Positions 62,791 through 64,000 of a DNA stretch of 64,000 nt are shown piece after piece. The stretch comes from the human T2T-CHM13v2.0 reference genome, Homo sapiens. The stretch lies in assembly GCF_009914755.1 (NCBI RefSeq), contig NC_060939.1; one strand, 5' to 3'. The notes beneath the pieces are model-generated. The model was not told the origin of the DNA. It made no database searches and saw nothing but the letters and a program-made list of their open reading frames with translations. The position numbers were made by a program, and so were the translations under genes. How positions within the stretch are numbered: position 1 is the stretch's first letter; each line of letters opens with the position of its first letter.

Positions 62791-63166
62791 AAGATCAATA
62801 TCTTTTTGGTTGCTATTTTAATGGAATATTTAAAAATTCTATTTCTGGTTCTGCTTGATTTGGTAATTTAAAAGAATCATTTTAGTTTTTTAAAAAGAAT
62901 TATATATTTTTTAATGCACAAAAGTAATACAAGGTAATTGTAATAAATCAAAATATAAAAGTACATAAAGAAGCTAATAATTCCCCCTTGTTTCCTTTCC
63001 CACTCCTGTATGTAATGATCCAAACTATTTTCTATTTTCAAACAACTAAGTATGAATATACATGGATAGCCTGCTCCCTTATTTTTTTCACAAACGGAAT
63101 TAAATCAACTGTATTATACTTCCATTTGCTTTTTAATCTTTTCAATAGCTGCATAATATTCCATAA

Positions 63167-63668
63167 TGTGACAGATTAAAGAATGCCACAAATCATTTGT
63201 GGATCCTTCCATTGAGAGGCCTAATGCCCTGATCCTTAAATCTGGGTTGAACTTGATGACTTGCCTAACCGATAGAATGAGGCAGAAGTCATGCTGCCTG
63301 AAGCTTCTGCCTTGATCTCTGGAACTCAGGTGTCATGCTGTGAGGAGGTGCAAAAGTTCCATGGAAATGCATATGGAGAAGATCCAAAGCTCCCAGGTAC
63401 AGCCCTGGCTAAGCACCCAGAAAAGAGTCAGCACCAATTTGCCAGCCCTATAAATGAACTTGGTTTTCATGTTAGTGAAATAAGTTTTCAAGCTGAATCC
63501 TCTAGCCACAGAAGAGCTGCCCCCATTGATGTTGCACAGAGCAGGGATAAGCTGTTCCTGTCATGTCCCACTCAAATAGCAAATTCTGAGCAAAATACAC
63601 TGCCATTATTGTATTAAGTTGGTAGATTTAGGGACGTTTGTTATACATCCATACATAACCAGAATACA
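63167..63668 (+). mobile_element. MaLR solo LTR (MLT1F/G/H-like)
   Basis: tgtgacagattaaag...gatagaatgaggcagaagt...ataaccagaataca. Confidence 0.75.
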
Positions 63669-64000
63669 TAGAATCAGAACAGCTTAATTTACTCATTATT
63701 AACTATTACACTACATATAAACAGATTTTTTTCCTCCAACTTCTAATAGCTTGCAACAAACATCTTTGTGTACTTCTAATTTTTGCCATTTAAATAATAC
63801 TGCATTGCCGCATTGTCGATTTACTTCATTTGATGCTTTTATTTTATGCTGTTAGTTTTTCTTCATATGTCTTATGACTTTTGTTTTGTGGTATGTAATT
63901 TATAGAAAAGACATAATATTTGGGGTGTTTCTAAGCTTTTAGGCTTGCCCTGCTTCTCTGCCAATCACTCATTCTATTTTTTTGGATGCGTTTTACTAGT

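Overview
This is primate (human-like) genomic DNA, mostly interspersed repeats: Alu, L1 of many ages, L2/MIR, MaLR, ERV1 and ERVL LTRs, an ERVL internal remnant, and Tigger and hAT DNA transposons. I recognise no host protein-coding exon; all long ORFs are L1 ORF2 or ERVL pol remnants. The most informative element is an L1-mobilised retrocopy at 24465-25129. It starts essentially at the 5' end of an H/ACA snoRNA (SNORA18-like, H and ACA boxes intact). It continues through the rest of the host intron with its branch point and 3' splice site, then apparently spliced host (TAF1D-like) exons, AATAAA and a decayed poly(A), all between target-site duplications (TSDs). About 4.6 kb upstream on the same strand lies a solo LTR12 (ERV9) with six CCAAT boxes, a GC box, a TATA-like box and a good splice donor. 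Together they could form a self-assembled snoRNA host gene. Other points of note are three L1s with twin-priming 5' inversions, two Alus inserted at the same site, and a complete MaLR provirus with a nested THE1 LTR. Repeat subfamily names and the SNORA18/TAF1D identification come from recalled consensus sequences, not from a database search, and boundaries of old repeats are approximate.
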